DNA of 64,000 nucleotides from positions 2,776-66,775 of the IMG/VR virus record IMGVR_UViG_3300042562_001046. One strand, given 5' to 3'. The DNA is from a virus. A program made the position numbers and the translations under genes. Under the pieces are notes generated by a model. It had not been told where the DNA came from. It worked only from the letters and a program-made list of their open reading frames with translations, and ran no database searches. The stretch's first letter is position 1. Each line of letters opens with the position of its first letter. Positions 38,756 through 48,010 of this stretch are shown here, piece by piece.

Positions 38756-38949
38756 CCAAAGACGACATCATCAAGCTGGCAAAGAAGGTCGGACTGTGTA
38801 CAGACAAAGAACTGCAACCAGAACTTATTGTATTTTCTTACCTTGTTGCCGAGCATGAGCGTGAGGAATGCGCAAAGTTGTGTGAGCAATGGAATGCAAG
38901 CCACCCTGACGTACTTGCCACCGCCATCAAAGCAAGAGGAAATACATGA
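38752..38949 (+). CDS. Small phage protein (MTKDDII...EREECAKLCE...AIKARG family)
   Basis: Recognisable short family motif; ATGA overlaps. Confidence 0.65.
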   Translation: MTKDDIIKLAKKVGLCTDKELQPELIVFSYLVAEHEREECAKLCEQWNASHPDVLATAIKARGNT

Positions 38950-39413
38950 CTAAAGACGACATCATCCGTATGGCGCGGGAGGCTGGGTTTGCCGATGGCG
39001 TGGCAGAAATTGTCGGGCTTGAAGGCTTTGCTAACTTCTTTGCAGATAACAAAAAAGCCCTTGAAGCCGCACTGGAGCAGCAGCAAGCCGCGCAAACGGT
39101 ACTCGACCTCGTTACCGACCATGGCGTGCATGGGATGGACCGCGCCCTTACAGCGCTCCGCACTGCGCTGGAGCAGGCACCTAACCGCCAAGCATTACAA
39201 GCCGCAGGCACCCACTCCGCGCCTTGCGCCCGGCACTGCGAAGCCAAGGCGTACGAGATCGAGATTCGTTTGCTGAATTCAGCACTGCGCGAAGCCCAGG
39301 AACAGCGCAAGCTGCTGACGGACGATCAACTTGATGAAATTGCTGTGATTGCAAGAGGGGGCAATTTGCATGACCTTCGTATTGCCATCGAAGCCGCCCA
39401 CAACATTAAGTAA
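38946..39413 (+). CDS. Mosaic phage protein (MTKDDIIRMAREAG...AIEAAHNIK)
   Basis: N-terminus repeats that of the previous gene. Confidence 0.65.
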   Translation: MTKDDIIRMAREAGFADGVAEIVGLEGFANFFADNKKALEAALEQQQAAQTVLDLVTDHGVHGMDRALTALRTALEQAPNRQALQAAGTHSAPCARHCEAKAYEIEIRLLNSALREAQEQRKLLTDDQLDEIAVIARGGNLHDLRIAIEAAHNIK

Positions 39414-39419
39414 AACCCC

Positions 39420-39689
39420 ATGACCAAACTCACCGCCCCCGAGCGCAACACTCTGCCCTCCCACGTGATCGCCAGACCCAAAGACGCCGTGTCGCAGTCA
39501 ATCCGCAAGAGCATCGGTGCAGCCGTCTACGAGCCCCGTGCCAGGGACCCCAACGAAGCCACCCCGCCAGAACAGAACATCTGGGAACGGCCCGTCTACG
39601 TGCCTGGAGATGGGGACCACACCGCCCAGGTGCCCCGTGCTGGCTCCCAGAACGCCCGTAACCTGCGCAGCCTGGGGTTTGGGACATGA
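39420..39689 (+). CDS. Hypothetical protein
   Basis: C-terminal RAGSQ.A..L.SLG motif. Confidence 0.55.
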   Translation: MTKLTAPERNTLPSHVIARPKDAVSQSIRKSIGAAVYEPRARDPNEATPPEQNIWERPVYVPGDGDHTAQVPRAGSQNARNLRSLGFGT

Positions 39690-39946
39690 GCCGCAGCAGC
39701 GTACGCCGGCTCAAAGCCCGCGCCTACACCCTGCGCAACACCCAGACGTGGGACACGTCCATGAACAAGATGCACTTCATCCGGCACATCAAGCCGTGCA
39801 GCAGCTACGTGCCCTGGTGCTCCGACTGCAACGGCAACTTGTTCCGCGCCCTGCTAGGGCGGTTCCCGTACTCAGTTGCTGAGTTTGACGATTTCCAAGA
39901 CGTCCAGCAAGCCAACGCAACCCCGTACTACCAGGAGACAGCATGA
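39686..39946 (+). CDS. Hypothetical protein with Cys/His cluster
   Basis: H..PC....CSDC. Confidence 0.55.
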   Translation: MSRSSVRRLKARAYTLRNTQTWDTSMNKMHFIRHIKPCSSYVPWCSDCNGNLFRALLGRFPYSVAEFDDFQDVQQANATPYYQETA

Positions 39947-40452
39947 ACTCAACTACCGAGCCCATCACAGAAGTCACTCCCGCAGTCATTCAGAAAACGC
40001 CGAATGCCCACGTCCACGAGCAGGTCTGGGAGGCCATCAAAGCCTGCCCAACTCCTCGCGCCTCGGCGCAGATTGCCTCCTACACAAAGCTGTCGCAGTC
40101 GCTCGTTTCGAACTCAATCACCTACCTGCGCTCGCGGTACCTGCTTGACGTCACAAAACGAAACCGGTTTAGCGCAGATTACAGAAGCGGCCAACGACTG
40201 GTCTCCCACTTCTATGTCCCGGACATATACAAAGCCGTCCCATGGGACCAGCTTCCGCACACGCCCTCGAACGCGAACCCCAATCGAACTTCTCTGAACC
40301 TCGCTGCAGTACCAAAGCCACAAGAACTGCAGGTGCTGGTGCAAGTACCGACGCCAACGCGAGCGCCAAGCATCTGGAACGACTGGATCGAGCAGCAGTC
40401 GCTGCGGGACCTGCGCGAGCTGCACGCCATCTTGAACCGGTTGTTCCCATGA
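39943..40452 (+). CDS. Putative winged-helix DNA-binding protein
   Basis: QVWEAIK...SAQIA..T.LSQS.VSNSI..L....L is an HTH-like pattern. Confidence 0.55.
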   Translation: MNSTTEPITEVTPAVIQKTPNAHVHEQVWEAIKACPTPRASAQIASYTKLSQSLVSNSITYLRSRYLLDVTKRNRFSADYRSGQRLVSHFYVPDIYKAVPWDQLPHTPSNANPNRTSLNLAAVPKPQELQVLVQVPTPTRAPSIWNDWIEQQSLRDLRELHAILNRLFP

Positions 40453-40925
40453 GCAACAACCTCACTGACCAAGACTACGTTCTGACTGAAGGCGCTGCCT
40501 GGTTGAATGTAGGCCTGTTCGCCATACGGATCCACACCACTGACGAAGGCGTCACCGTTGATATCTTTGATGCTGCGCTGGCCAAATCCGACGGCAATTG
40601 TGATGCAGGGCTCCTCAACACCACCTACGTTTACAACAGTGACATAGCAGAGATTGCGCCGACCAACACATGCTCCCACTGCGGCCGCACGTTAGATGAC
40701 GACCAGACGCAGGGCGTGTGCAGCTCAGACGACTGCCCGCGGCTCGAGCTGCTCAGCACCGCCGAAGAAGACATTCTGAGCAGCCTGCGCGATCGGGGAT
40801 GCGCAGTGTGCGTGTTCCAGCCGCACGAGATCGGCGACGCCGACCTCGAAAAAATAGAAGAGCGCATGTGCGTCGCGGGATGGGACGAGATCAGCACCAA
40901 CGGAAACGTGGGGTTAACTGGATGA
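40449..40925 (+). CDS. Hypothetical protein with Zn-ribbon segment
   Basis: Start at MSNNLTD; CSHC...CSSDDC. Confidence 0.55.
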   Translation: MSNNLTDQDYVLTEGAAWLNVGLFAIRIHTTDEGVTVDIFDAALAKSDGNCDAGLLNTTYVYNSDIAEIAPTNTCSHCGRTLDDDQTQGVCSSDDCPRLELLSTAEEDILSSLRDRGCAVCVFQPHEIGDADLEKIEERMCVAGWDEISTNGNVGLTG

Positions 40926-40943
40926 AAAACACAAGGACGCAGC

Positions 40944-41189
40944 ATGAACTTCGACCATTACACCGTCATTGTGGGCCGGCCTGACTACGTGTCAGACAAC
41001 CCTGTAGACGACACCTACATGACGAGCGTCTACGCGCAGACTGCCAAGGCAGCAGGGCTTGAAGCCATCAGGGAGTGCGCGGAAACCGATTCGGCAGCAC
41101 AAGAAGACGTGAACGACGTAGGCGACTACACCATCGTTGCCGTGATCGCTGGGAAGCACCAGGACATACAAGGAAGAACTGACTTATGA
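40944..41189 (+). CDS. Hypothetical protein
   Basis: Acidic 81-aa ORF, coupled to the next gene. Confidence 0.55.
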   Translation: MNFDHYTVIVGRPDYVSDNPVDDTYMTSVYAQTAKAAGLEAIRECAETDSAAQEDVNDVGDYTIVAVIAGKHQDIQGRTDL

Positions 41190-41539
41190 AAACAGCAGAA
41201 CTGATAGGCGATGCCCTTGATCGGGCAGTGGCGAAGTGTATGGGTGTCACGGCAATGGAGTGGAGCGATAACCACGGCGGGTATGAGACATACAGCCCGT
41301 CCACTGACTGGGCCTTTGGAGGACCAATCATTGAGCAGATGGGGATCAGTGTATGGGAAGCATGCAATGAGGCAGACCCACAAGAGTGGATGGCAATTAC
41401 CAGTAGAAGCACGTGGGGCGAAGACGGCGAACGCGATGCATCATACGGCCCCACCCCGCTCGTCGCAGCGATGAGGTGCTACGTTGCCTCTCGGCTCGGC
41501 GACGAAATCGAGGTCCCCAGTGAACTTCACCCGGCTTGA
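41186..41539 (+). CDS. NinX/DUF2591 family protein
   Basis: L.G.ALD.AVA...YSPSTDW..GGPIIE...GPTPLVAAMRCYVAS.LG.E.EVP. Confidence 0.8.
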   Translation: MKTAELIGDALDRAVAKCMGVTAMEWSDNHGGYETYSPSTDWAFGGPIIEQMGISVWEACNEADPQEWMAITSRSTWGEDGERDASYGPTPLVAAMRCYVASRLGDEIEVPSELHPA

Positions 41540-41612
41540 GTTCGCCGAGCGCCTGGTGTTTCTGCTGGCGCTGATCGCGGTCGCCCTAGACCTCCTGTAC
41601 TGGAGGCCCTGA
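41520..41612 (+). CDS. 30-aa membrane peptide ending DLLYWRP (not in ORF track)
   Basis: VNFTRLEFAERLVFLLALIAVALDLLYWRP*; single TM helix. Confidence 0.5.
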   Translation: MNFTRLEFAERLVFLLALIAVALDLLYWRP

Positions 41613-41932
41613 TGCGCACGCGCCACATCCCCGACGCCAGCTTTGTGGCTGCTCAGTCCGACCGCATGCACGAGCTGCTGCGCCAGCGTGCTGCCATCTC
41701 GCGTGATGACCTGGAGTACCTGGTCGAGCACGTGGACAAACTGCGCGACGAACGGGTGAAGTCAGCCGTCGCCGGGCTGATCGGCTGGGGTGACGAAGAA
41801 CGCGCTGAGATTGAAACCTTCGTGGCTGTAGCCATCGAGGTCATGAAACGCACCAACGTGAGCAAGCTGCGCGAAGCTGCCCGCGTCGTGTACCTGCGGG
41901 TACTGATTAAGGAATTACCAAATGCCCTGTGA
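41612..41932 (+). CDS. Hypothetical protein
   Basis: 106-aa helical ORF with GGAGG upstream. Confidence 0.6.
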   Translation: MRTRHIPDASFVAAQSDRMHELLRQRAAISRDDLEYLVEHVDKLRDERVKSAVAGLIGWGDEERAEIETFVAVAIEVMKRTNVSKLREAARVVYLRVLIKELPNAL

Positions 41933-42073
41933 CAACAACTGCACGCAAGCCTGTGTGTGCGATACCAACGTGGACGACCTGTACCCGCTCTACAGCTGGG
42001 TCGACTATTCCATCGTGGTGGTGATGATCGTCAGCTCGACAGCTGCGTTGGGATTCTTCGTTGGGTATGTAAC

Positions 42074-42292
42074 GTGAGCCGCCCTGAGCCATTTGTCTTC
42101 GAAGGACAAACCTACTACCCAGAAAAGGGGAGCCCTAGGCATATCGTCATTGGCGTCTGCTCTGACTGCGCCTTCGACGAGCACTTCGACTGCGACAGCA
42201 TCCCCTGCGGCCCACACCACTACATCACAGCCATCGTTCACGTGACAAAACGACTCACTCAAACCACAACAAAAGGAGCGCTCGAATGCTAA
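42074..42292 (+). CDS. Small Cys-containing protein
   Basis: GTG start; CSDCAF....C...C. Confidence 0.5.
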   Translation: MSRPEPFVFEGQTYYPEKGSPRHIVIGVCSDCAFDEHFDCDSIPCGPHHYITAIVHVTKRLTQTTTKGALEC

Positions 42293-42492
42293 TGATCAGT
42301 CTGACCTGGGATGAAAGATCGGGAGACGGCGAAGGAAAAGTCCGCATACAGAAAAACTTCCTCAAGGAGCACCGCATAACCCAACTAGACGGCTTGAAGG
42401 ACTGGATTGGCGAGCTGACCAATATCTACGAAGACATGCTTACTAACGAGACCCTTTTCTCACCCCTAAACCACAAAAACCCAACACCATGA
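42286..42492 (+). CDS. Hypothetical protein
   Basis: LD.LKDWI..L...Y motif; AAGGAG RBS. Confidence 0.55.
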   Translation: MLMISLTWDERSGDGEGKVRIQKNFLKEHRITQLDGLKDWIGELTNIYEDMLTNETLFSPLNHKNPTP

Positions 42493-43475
42493 AACCATCC
42501 AGCATCCGCACAGTCATACCCAAACTCATCGCCAAGCAGCGCCCTGTCTTCATCTGGGGCCCACCCGGCGTCGGCAAGTCTGACGGCGTGGCCCAGATTG
42601 CCAAGGACATGAAGCTCGAGCTGCGCGACGTTCGCCTGTCCCTGCTCGACCCGATCGACCTGAAGGGCTTTCCCGTTGTCGACGCCGTCAAGAAACAGAT
42701 GAAGTGGCTTCCTGCCGACTTCCTACCCACCAAGGGCAAGGGCCTGCTGTTCCTGGACGAGATGAACAGCGCCCCGATGGCGGTCCAGGGCGCAGCCTAC
42801 CAGCTGGTGCTCAACCGCAAGATTGGTGACTACAAGCTGCCCGACGGCTGGGCTGTGCTGGCTGCAGGCAACCGCTCCGGCGACCGTGCCATCGTTCATG
42901 CCATGCCGTCCGCGCTGGCCAACCGCTTCGTTCACCTGGACTACGACGTCAACGTAGACGACTGGAACATGTGGGCAATGGAGAACGGCATACACGACCA
43001 CATCCGTGGCTTCATCCAGTTCCGCCCGGCGCTGCTGCACAGTTTCGACCCCGCCACCAACCCACGTGCCTTCCCAACAGGGCGCAGCTGGATGTTTGCC
43101 AACGACATCTACCAAGACGAACACCCCGCAGCCGAGGAGTTCGAACTACTCAAGGGCACCGTCGGCGAAGGCGCTGCAGCTGAGTTCAGCGGCTACGTCA
43201 AGCAGCTGCGCGATCTGCCCAGCGTCCCTCAGGTGCTGATGGACCCAGACGGCACCAAGCTGCCCTCATCCCCCGCTGCCAAAGCCGCCATGGCTGCAGC
43301 CCTGGACCCAGCCACCACGGTCGGCAACATCGCCCGCGTCATGAAGTACATCGAGCGCATGCCGGTCGAGTTCGGTGCTGTGTTCATCCGCTCCATCATC
43401 CGGCGTGACAGCAAGCTGACCAGCACCAAGTCCTACATGGACTGGACCATCAAGAACCAGGCCGTGTTGACCTAA
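42489..43475 (+). CDS. MoxR-type AAA+ ATPase
   Basis: WGPPGVGKS, LFLDEMN, AAGNR and ALANRF. Confidence 0.9.
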   Translation: MKPSSIRTVIPKLIAKQRPVFIWGPPGVGKSDGVAQIAKDMKLELRDVRLSLLDPIDLKGFPVVDAVKKQMKWLPADFLPTKGKGLLFLDEMNSAPMAVQGAAYQLVLNRKIGDYKLPDGWAVLAAGNRSGDRAIVHAMPSALANRFVHLDYDVNVDDWNMWAMENGIHDHIRGFIQFRPALLHSFDPATNPRAFPTGRSWMFANDIYQDEHPAAEEFELLKGTVGEGAAAEFSGYVKQLRDLPSVPQVLMDPDGTKLPSSPAAKAAMAAALDPATTVGNIARVMKYIERMPVEFGAVFIRSIIRRDSKLTSTKSYMDWTIKNQAVLT

Positions 43476-43491
43476 CCACAAGGAGTCCTTT

Positions 43492-44313
43492 ATGTTGCAA
43501 GAACGCGCCATGCTCGCCCAGCTGTCCATCTCTCAGTGGACGGCCCGCAAACACGACAAGTCCGTGTCGGCCGAAGTGGAGAAAGCCCACGCAGCTCACA
43601 ACGCCGGCCGGTTCAACAAGGACCTGGTCGACAAGGCGCTGCTGGAGCCCATCACCAAGCTGGCCGGCCAGGTGCGTGAGTTCCACTACGACAAAACCCT
43701 GGCCTGGAACGACTCAGGCGCCCGGCTGCTGCCCAGCATCCTGTTCGCGGACTACTCCACCAAGATCCGGCACTTCCGGCGAGAATTCGACCGCCTGGTC
43801 GACGACATGGTCACTCAGTACCCCGTCGAGGTTCAGGCAGCCCGCAACCGGCTGGGCACCATGTACAACCCGGGCGACTACCCAGACCCCCAGGAAATCA
43901 AAGACCGGTTCCAGATCAAGATCGAGTTCGAGCCTGTCCCCAACGCCAACGACTTCCGCGTCGACGTGGGCCAGGAAGCCGCTGACGAGATCCGCAGCTC
44001 CATCACGCAGGGTGTGCTCGACCGCCAGGCCGACGCCGTCAAAAGCACCTACAAACGCATCCATGACGTGGTGTCTAAGGTCTATGAAAGACTGTCCGTA
44101 GAAGATGCGATCTTCAAGGACACCCTGATCAAGAACGTCCGGGATCTGTGTGTCGTGCTGCCGGCGTTCAACCTCAACAACGACCCGGCCATCACCGCGC
44201 TTCACACCGCCCTGCTCGACCTGACCGATGTCAGCATCCAGCAGCTGCGCGTGGATACAAGGCTGCGCCAACGCACCGCCAACAAAGCACAGGCCATCCT
44301 GAACACGCTGTGA
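43492..44313 (+). CDS. DUF3150-like protein
   Basis: W.ARK.D, TL.W.D.G.RLLP, LG.MY...DYP and P...DFR motifs; follows the AAA gene. Confidence 0.65.
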   Translation: MLQERAMLAQLSISQWTARKHDKSVSAEVEKAHAAHNAGRFNKDLVDKALLEPITKLAGQVREFHYDKTLAWNDSGARLLPSILFADYSTKIRHFRREFDRLVDDMVTQYPVEVQAARNRLGTMYNPGDYPDPQEIKDRFQIKIEFEPVPNANDFRVDVGQEAADEIRSSITQGVLDRQADAVKSTYKRIHDVVSKVYERLSVEDAIFKDTLIKNVRDLCVVLPAFNLNNDPAITALHTALLDLTDVSIQQLRVDTRLRQRTANKAQAILNTL

Positions 44314-44552
44314 TTGACGAAGTCGCTGAAACCTACCTCGTCATGGAGGCTCTCGATGACCTGGCTCGTCGCGACTTCATCTGGGACAAGAACCGGCTCG
44401 TTTACCAGCGGCTCACTCCCACCGCCCGAGTCTGGTGGTGGCGCATGGCCAAAGTCAACGCCACAGCTGGCATCCCCTCCATGCAGCAGCTGCTCACCAA
44501 AGTAATCACTCTGAGACTTACTAAAAATGACGTGGTCAATATCAACTCGTAG
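44310..44552 (+). CDS. Hypothetical protein
   Basis: GTGA overlap with the upstream stop; ends ...VITLRLTK... Confidence 0.5.
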   Translation: MIDEVAETYLVMEALDDLARRDFIWDKNRLVYQRLTPTARVWWWRMAKVNATAGIPSMQQLLTKVITLRLTKNDVVNINS

Positions 44553-45249
44553 CATGGTCTGCATCAGCTCGTACGAGCAGGCGCTGGCGCACTGGAAGAA
44601 GACCAAGTCGTGGGCCAACAACGACCGCCCGTTGTCCGGCCGGCGTGAAAAAAATAAAGCGCTGCGCAAACTAACCGACGGCAGCTTCGAGTGCCGCTTG
44701 TACGAAACGCCACTGGTGACCTATCACCCGGCGGGCCAGGTCACTCTTCTCACCGACGACAGACTTTCTAGTCGGATGTTCATGGAACGTGTTGCGCCGC
44801 TCCACTGCTCCCCTGTGTCTGCTCAAGGAAGGACGTTCTGGGAGATCAGGACTCGTGACGGCGCGCAGTTTCGCCTAAACCGAACTGAAATAATACCCAA
44901 CGACGACAAGACCTGGCGGGTCCTGTACAGCACGGGCCAAGCCACAGAACAGTTCAGAGACAAGTCGCTGTGCGCCAAGATCCGGCGCAACCTAAAGATG
45001 TACGCCAACTGGTACGGCGTGACCAGCCGCCTGATGAACTTGCCCGGTGGAGGCCACGTTGCACACCTGTCCAATACACGTCTGACACAGCTTACTGAGC
45101 GCCCGCTCGAACCTGAATCCTTCATGGAATTTGCCGGCGAAGCGGGAGACCCCTGCCGCTACTCGTTCTACGACCACATCTTTCGGGCCACCGGCGCCCT
45201 TCGAACTATCCCCGTCCCTTTTGACCGCCTACCCAGGAACGCCCCATGA
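44527..45249 (+). CDS. Hypothetical protein
   Basis: 240 aa; RLYETPLVTYHPxG motif. Confidence 0.65.
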   Translation: MTWSISTRSMVCISSYEQALAHWKKTKSWANNDRPLSGRREKNKALRKLTDGSFECRLYETPLVTYHPAGQVTLLTDDRLSSRMFMERVAPLHCSPVSAQGRTFWEIRTRDGAQFRLNRTEIIPNDDKTWRVLYSTGQATEQFRDKSLCAKIRRNLKMYANWYGVTSRLMNLPGGGHVAHLSNTRLTQLTERPLEPESFMEFAGEAGDPCRYSFYDHIFRATGALRTIPVPFDRLPRNAP

Positions 45250-46328
45250 ACAAAGAAATTGCTGACAAAATCACTCACGCCCGCACCTCGCTGATCATCG
45301 ACCAGCCGTTCCTCGGCATGCTCGCCTTGCGTCTCACGATGGTGGAGGACACCGGCATCAAAACCCTGGCGGTCGACGGCAAGCACATCTACTACAACCC
45401 CACATTCGTCGGCACGCTGTCCCTGGAGCTGCTGATCTCAGCCCTGGCCCACGAGGTGTTCCACTGCGTGTACGACCACATCGGACGCCGGGGCGGCCGT
45501 AACCCACGCAAGTACAACCAGGCGGGCGACTATGTCATCAACGCCACCCTCAAAGACGCCGGCATGCCCATCAGCCCAAACTGGCTCTTTAACGCCGGGT
45601 ATGCCGGTATGTCGAGTGACGAGATCTACAACCTGCTGCCCGACGATGACGGCCACGGCAACGACCCCCTGGATGAAGTCCGGGACGGTGACCCGAACGA
45701 CACGGAGGAAATGGCCGTCGACTGGAAGATCGCCACGATCGAGGCAGCCAACGCAGCTGAGAAGTTCGGCAAGCTGCCCGCCAGCATGAAGCGCTTTGTC
45801 GAGCAGCTGACCAGAGCCAAAGTCGACTGGCGTGACGTCCTGCGCCGGTTCATCACCCAGCGCTCGGCAGATGACTACACCTGGCTGCGCCCAAACCGGC
45901 GCTTCATCCAGCAGGGCCTGTTCCTGCCCACGCTCTACTCAGAGTCCATGGGCGAGGTGATCGTCTGCATCGACACCTCAGGCTCCATCGACCAGGCCAC
46001 GCTCGACGCGTTCGGGTCTGAGATCAAAGCCGTGGTGCAGTCGACCCGCCCTACTCTCACCCACGTCATCTACTGTGACGCTGCTGTCAACCACGTCGAT
46101 GCGTTCGGGCCCAACGACGACCTGAACTTCGCCATGCACGGCGGCGGCGGCACTGACTTCCGCCCACCCTTCGAGTACGCAGCCCAAGAACAGATCCAGG
46201 CCAGCTGCCTGATCTACCTGACCGACGGCTACGGCCCGTTCCCCCAGACAGCTGACTTCCCCGTCCTGTGGGTCATGACCACAGACGTCGTCGCCCCGTT
46301 TGGCGACACCATCCAGATCGAGATCTAA
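45246..46328 (+). CDS. DUF2201 metallopeptidase-vWA protein
   Basis: AHEVFH (HExxH), MIDAS DTSGS, GGGTDF and LTDGYG. Confidence 0.9.
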   Translation: MNKEIADKITHARTSLIIDQPFLGMLALRLTMVEDTGIKTLAVDGKHIYYNPTFVGTLSLELLISALAHEVFHCVYDHIGRRGGRNPRKYNQAGDYVINATLKDAGMPISPNWLFNAGYAGMSSDEIYNLLPDDDGHGNDPLDEVRDGDPNDTEEMAVDWKIATIEAANAAEKFGKLPASMKRFVEQLTRAKVDWRDVLRRFITQRSADDYTWLRPNRRFIQQGLFLPTLYSESMGEVIVCIDTSGSIDQATLDAFGSEIKAVVQSTRPTLTHVIYCDAAVNHVDAFGPNDDLNFAMHGGGGTDFRPPFEYAAQEQIQASCLIYLTDGYGPFPQTADFPVLWVMTTDVVAPFGDTIQIEI

Positions 46329-46330
46329 CC

Positions 46331-46780
46331 ATGTCAGAAAAAAGAGAACTCATCGTTCAGCAGCTCCGTGACCTCGGCATCACCCGCTGCGTGATCAGCT
46401 ACAGCGGAGGTGGCGACAGCGGACAGATCGAGGACGTCACGTGTTGGACTAACGTCCCCGGCGGAGAAGAAATAGTCGACGCCGAAAAACTACAAAAAGC
46501 TGCCCAGACGGAAGAACAGTTCATCGTGACCCAGGTGACAGACCGTCTCCTCGGCGAAAAAACCAGCCCGCTGAACCAGCGCATCGAAAACCTGGCCTAC
46601 GAGCTGCTGGAGGAAGCTGGCGTTGACGACTGGGTCAACAACGACGGCGGCGCGGGGACCATCACAGTCTTTGTGGAAGACGGAAGCAGCAAGGAGGATG
46701 GCGACTTCGAAGCCGGCCAGATCCTGATCAGCCAGGACACTTACGAAACCACATCTCACAACAACACGTACACCCTATGA
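46331..46780 (+). CDS. DUF6878-like protein
   Basis: YSGGGDSGQIE...W.NNDGG.G. Confidence 0.75.
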   Translation: MSEKRELIVQQLRDLGITRCVISYSGGGDSGQIEDVTCWTNVPGGEEIVDAEKLQKAAQTEEQFIVTQVTDRLLGEKTSPLNQRIENLAYELLEEAGVDDWVNNDGGAGTITVFVEDGSSKEDGDFEAGQILISQDTYETTSHNNTYTL

Positions 46781-47130
46781 CCTCCCCCATCTTCCACTCC
46801 ATGACCAGCGTCAAGCGCTGGGGCGGCGCTGCTGAGGACTACACACCCATCCACGACTGGCTGGATGCAACCAAAGAGAGCTTCGCTGACTTCCGCCACC
46901 GTGCCCTGCGCCACCACAGCCAGGGCTGCTTCGAGGCTGAGCGGGTATTCGGCCACAGCATCACCAACAGCGCCGGCCGTGTGGTGCCGGTGCGCTACAT
47001 CGCTGAGATGCACATCCAAGAAGACTGCGGCGGCCGGATCCCGACCGTCTCCGACTGGTTCCGAAACATCAAGCCCGAAGTCTGGATGAGCCGCGGCTAC
47101 AGCACGCCAGAAGAAGAATGGACGACATAG
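46777..47130 (+). CDS. DUF6915-like His-rich protein
   Basis: HS..S.K.WGG..EDY..IH.W.D..K....D.RHRAL.HH...E.HI.ED...IP...DW. Confidence 0.8.
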   Translation: MTSPIFHSMTSVKRWGGAAEDYTPIHDWLDATKESFADFRHRALRHHSQGCFEAERVFGHSITNSAGRVVPVRYIAEMHIQEDCGGRIPTVSDWFRNIKPEVWMSRGYSTPEEEWTT

Positions 47131-47348
47131 GCTTCCAGTCTGGCGAGTTCAACCCGCTGATCGAGTACGTCAAGATTGGCAACAAGGGTGTGGGCGAGAT
47201 CAGCCTGGAGGGCGACCAGTGGCGCTTCCACCACTGGGGCGGCGTAACGGGCAGACTCAGTGCCGCAGAGATGGCTGCTGTGATGGCCGCTGTCAGCGAC
47301 CGCATCACCATACTCACCGTCACCCACCGGCTGCTCAAAGAAAGGTAA
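47118..47348 (+). CDS. Hypothetical protein
   Basis: 76-aa ORF ending ...TVTHRLLKER. Confidence 0.5.
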   Translation: MDDIGFQSGEFNPLIEYVKIGNKGVGEISLEGDQWRFHHWGGVTGRLSAAEMAAVMAAVSDRITILTVTHRLLKER

Positions 47349-47352
47349 TGCC

Positions 47353-47976
47353 ATGACTGAATCTGAAGTCGAGGAAAAGACTGAATTCCTGTACGACGAG
47401 CTAAGCCCAAAAGCTCAGGAGGCTGCTCTACGGTCTGAAACCGAGAGCGAATATTTTATGGACTTCGACTGGTGGGACTACGTGTACGAAGACGCTGTAC
47501 GTATGGCAGAAATGCTGGGTATCTCCATCCACAAGAAAGACAAACACGGCTGGAGCATCTGGTTCTCAGGGTTTTGTAGCCAGGGCGACGGCGCCAGCTT
47601 TGAAGGTGCATACCGGTTTGAACCCGACGCCATCCAAAAAATCCAGCAAGAAACCAATGACCCTGAACTTTTGCGCATCGCCACAAAACTGACCACCATG
47701 CAGCTGACCCAGCGGCTGCTGGGGTTTGAGCCGTTTTACGGTGCCATCTTGGGCCCTAACCACGGCTACAACGTCCGCACAGATATCCACGACTGGGGCA
47801 TCGACGAAATCGGCGAACCAGACGAAAAGGATTTTCAAGAACTGATGCAAGACTTTGCCGACTGGATCTACGAACAGCTCGAGACAGAAAACGACGGCCT
47901 ACGCTCAGACGAGACCGTCGCCGAAAACCTCCGTGCCCGAGAAATAAAGTTTGACGAGTTTGGCAGTCCGACTTAA
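47353..47976 (+). CDS. Acidic phage/MGE protein (FSGFxSQGDGA family)
   Basis: ELS..AQ..A, WW..VYED, IWFSGFCSQGDGASF, F.E.G. Function unknown. Confidence 0.7.
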   Translation: MTESEVEEKTEFLYDELSPKAQEAALRSETESEYFMDFDWWDYVYEDAVRMAEMLGISIHKKDKHGWSIWFSGFCSQGDGASFEGAYRFEPDAIQKIQQETNDPELLRIATKLTTMQLTQRLLGFEPFYGAILGPNHGYNVRTDIHDWGIDEIGEPDEKDFQELMQDFADWIYEQLETENDGLRSDETVAENLRAREIKFDEFGSPT

Positions 47977-47977
47977 C

Positions 47978-47997
47978 ATCTAAGATCTAACTTAGAA
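47978..47997 (+). promoter_or_regulatory. 20-bp dispersed motif copy (ATCTAAGATCTAACTTAGAA)
   Basis: Perfect consensus match, 13 nt before the nuclease ATG. Confidence 0.8.
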
Positions 47998-48010
47998 ATG
48001 AAAGCAGTCT

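Noticed and set aside
47353-47976. Toxin-antitoxin system
   Set aside because: This family is often labelled antitoxin by automated annotation, but no cognate toxin is evident and the label is not supported by the sequence.
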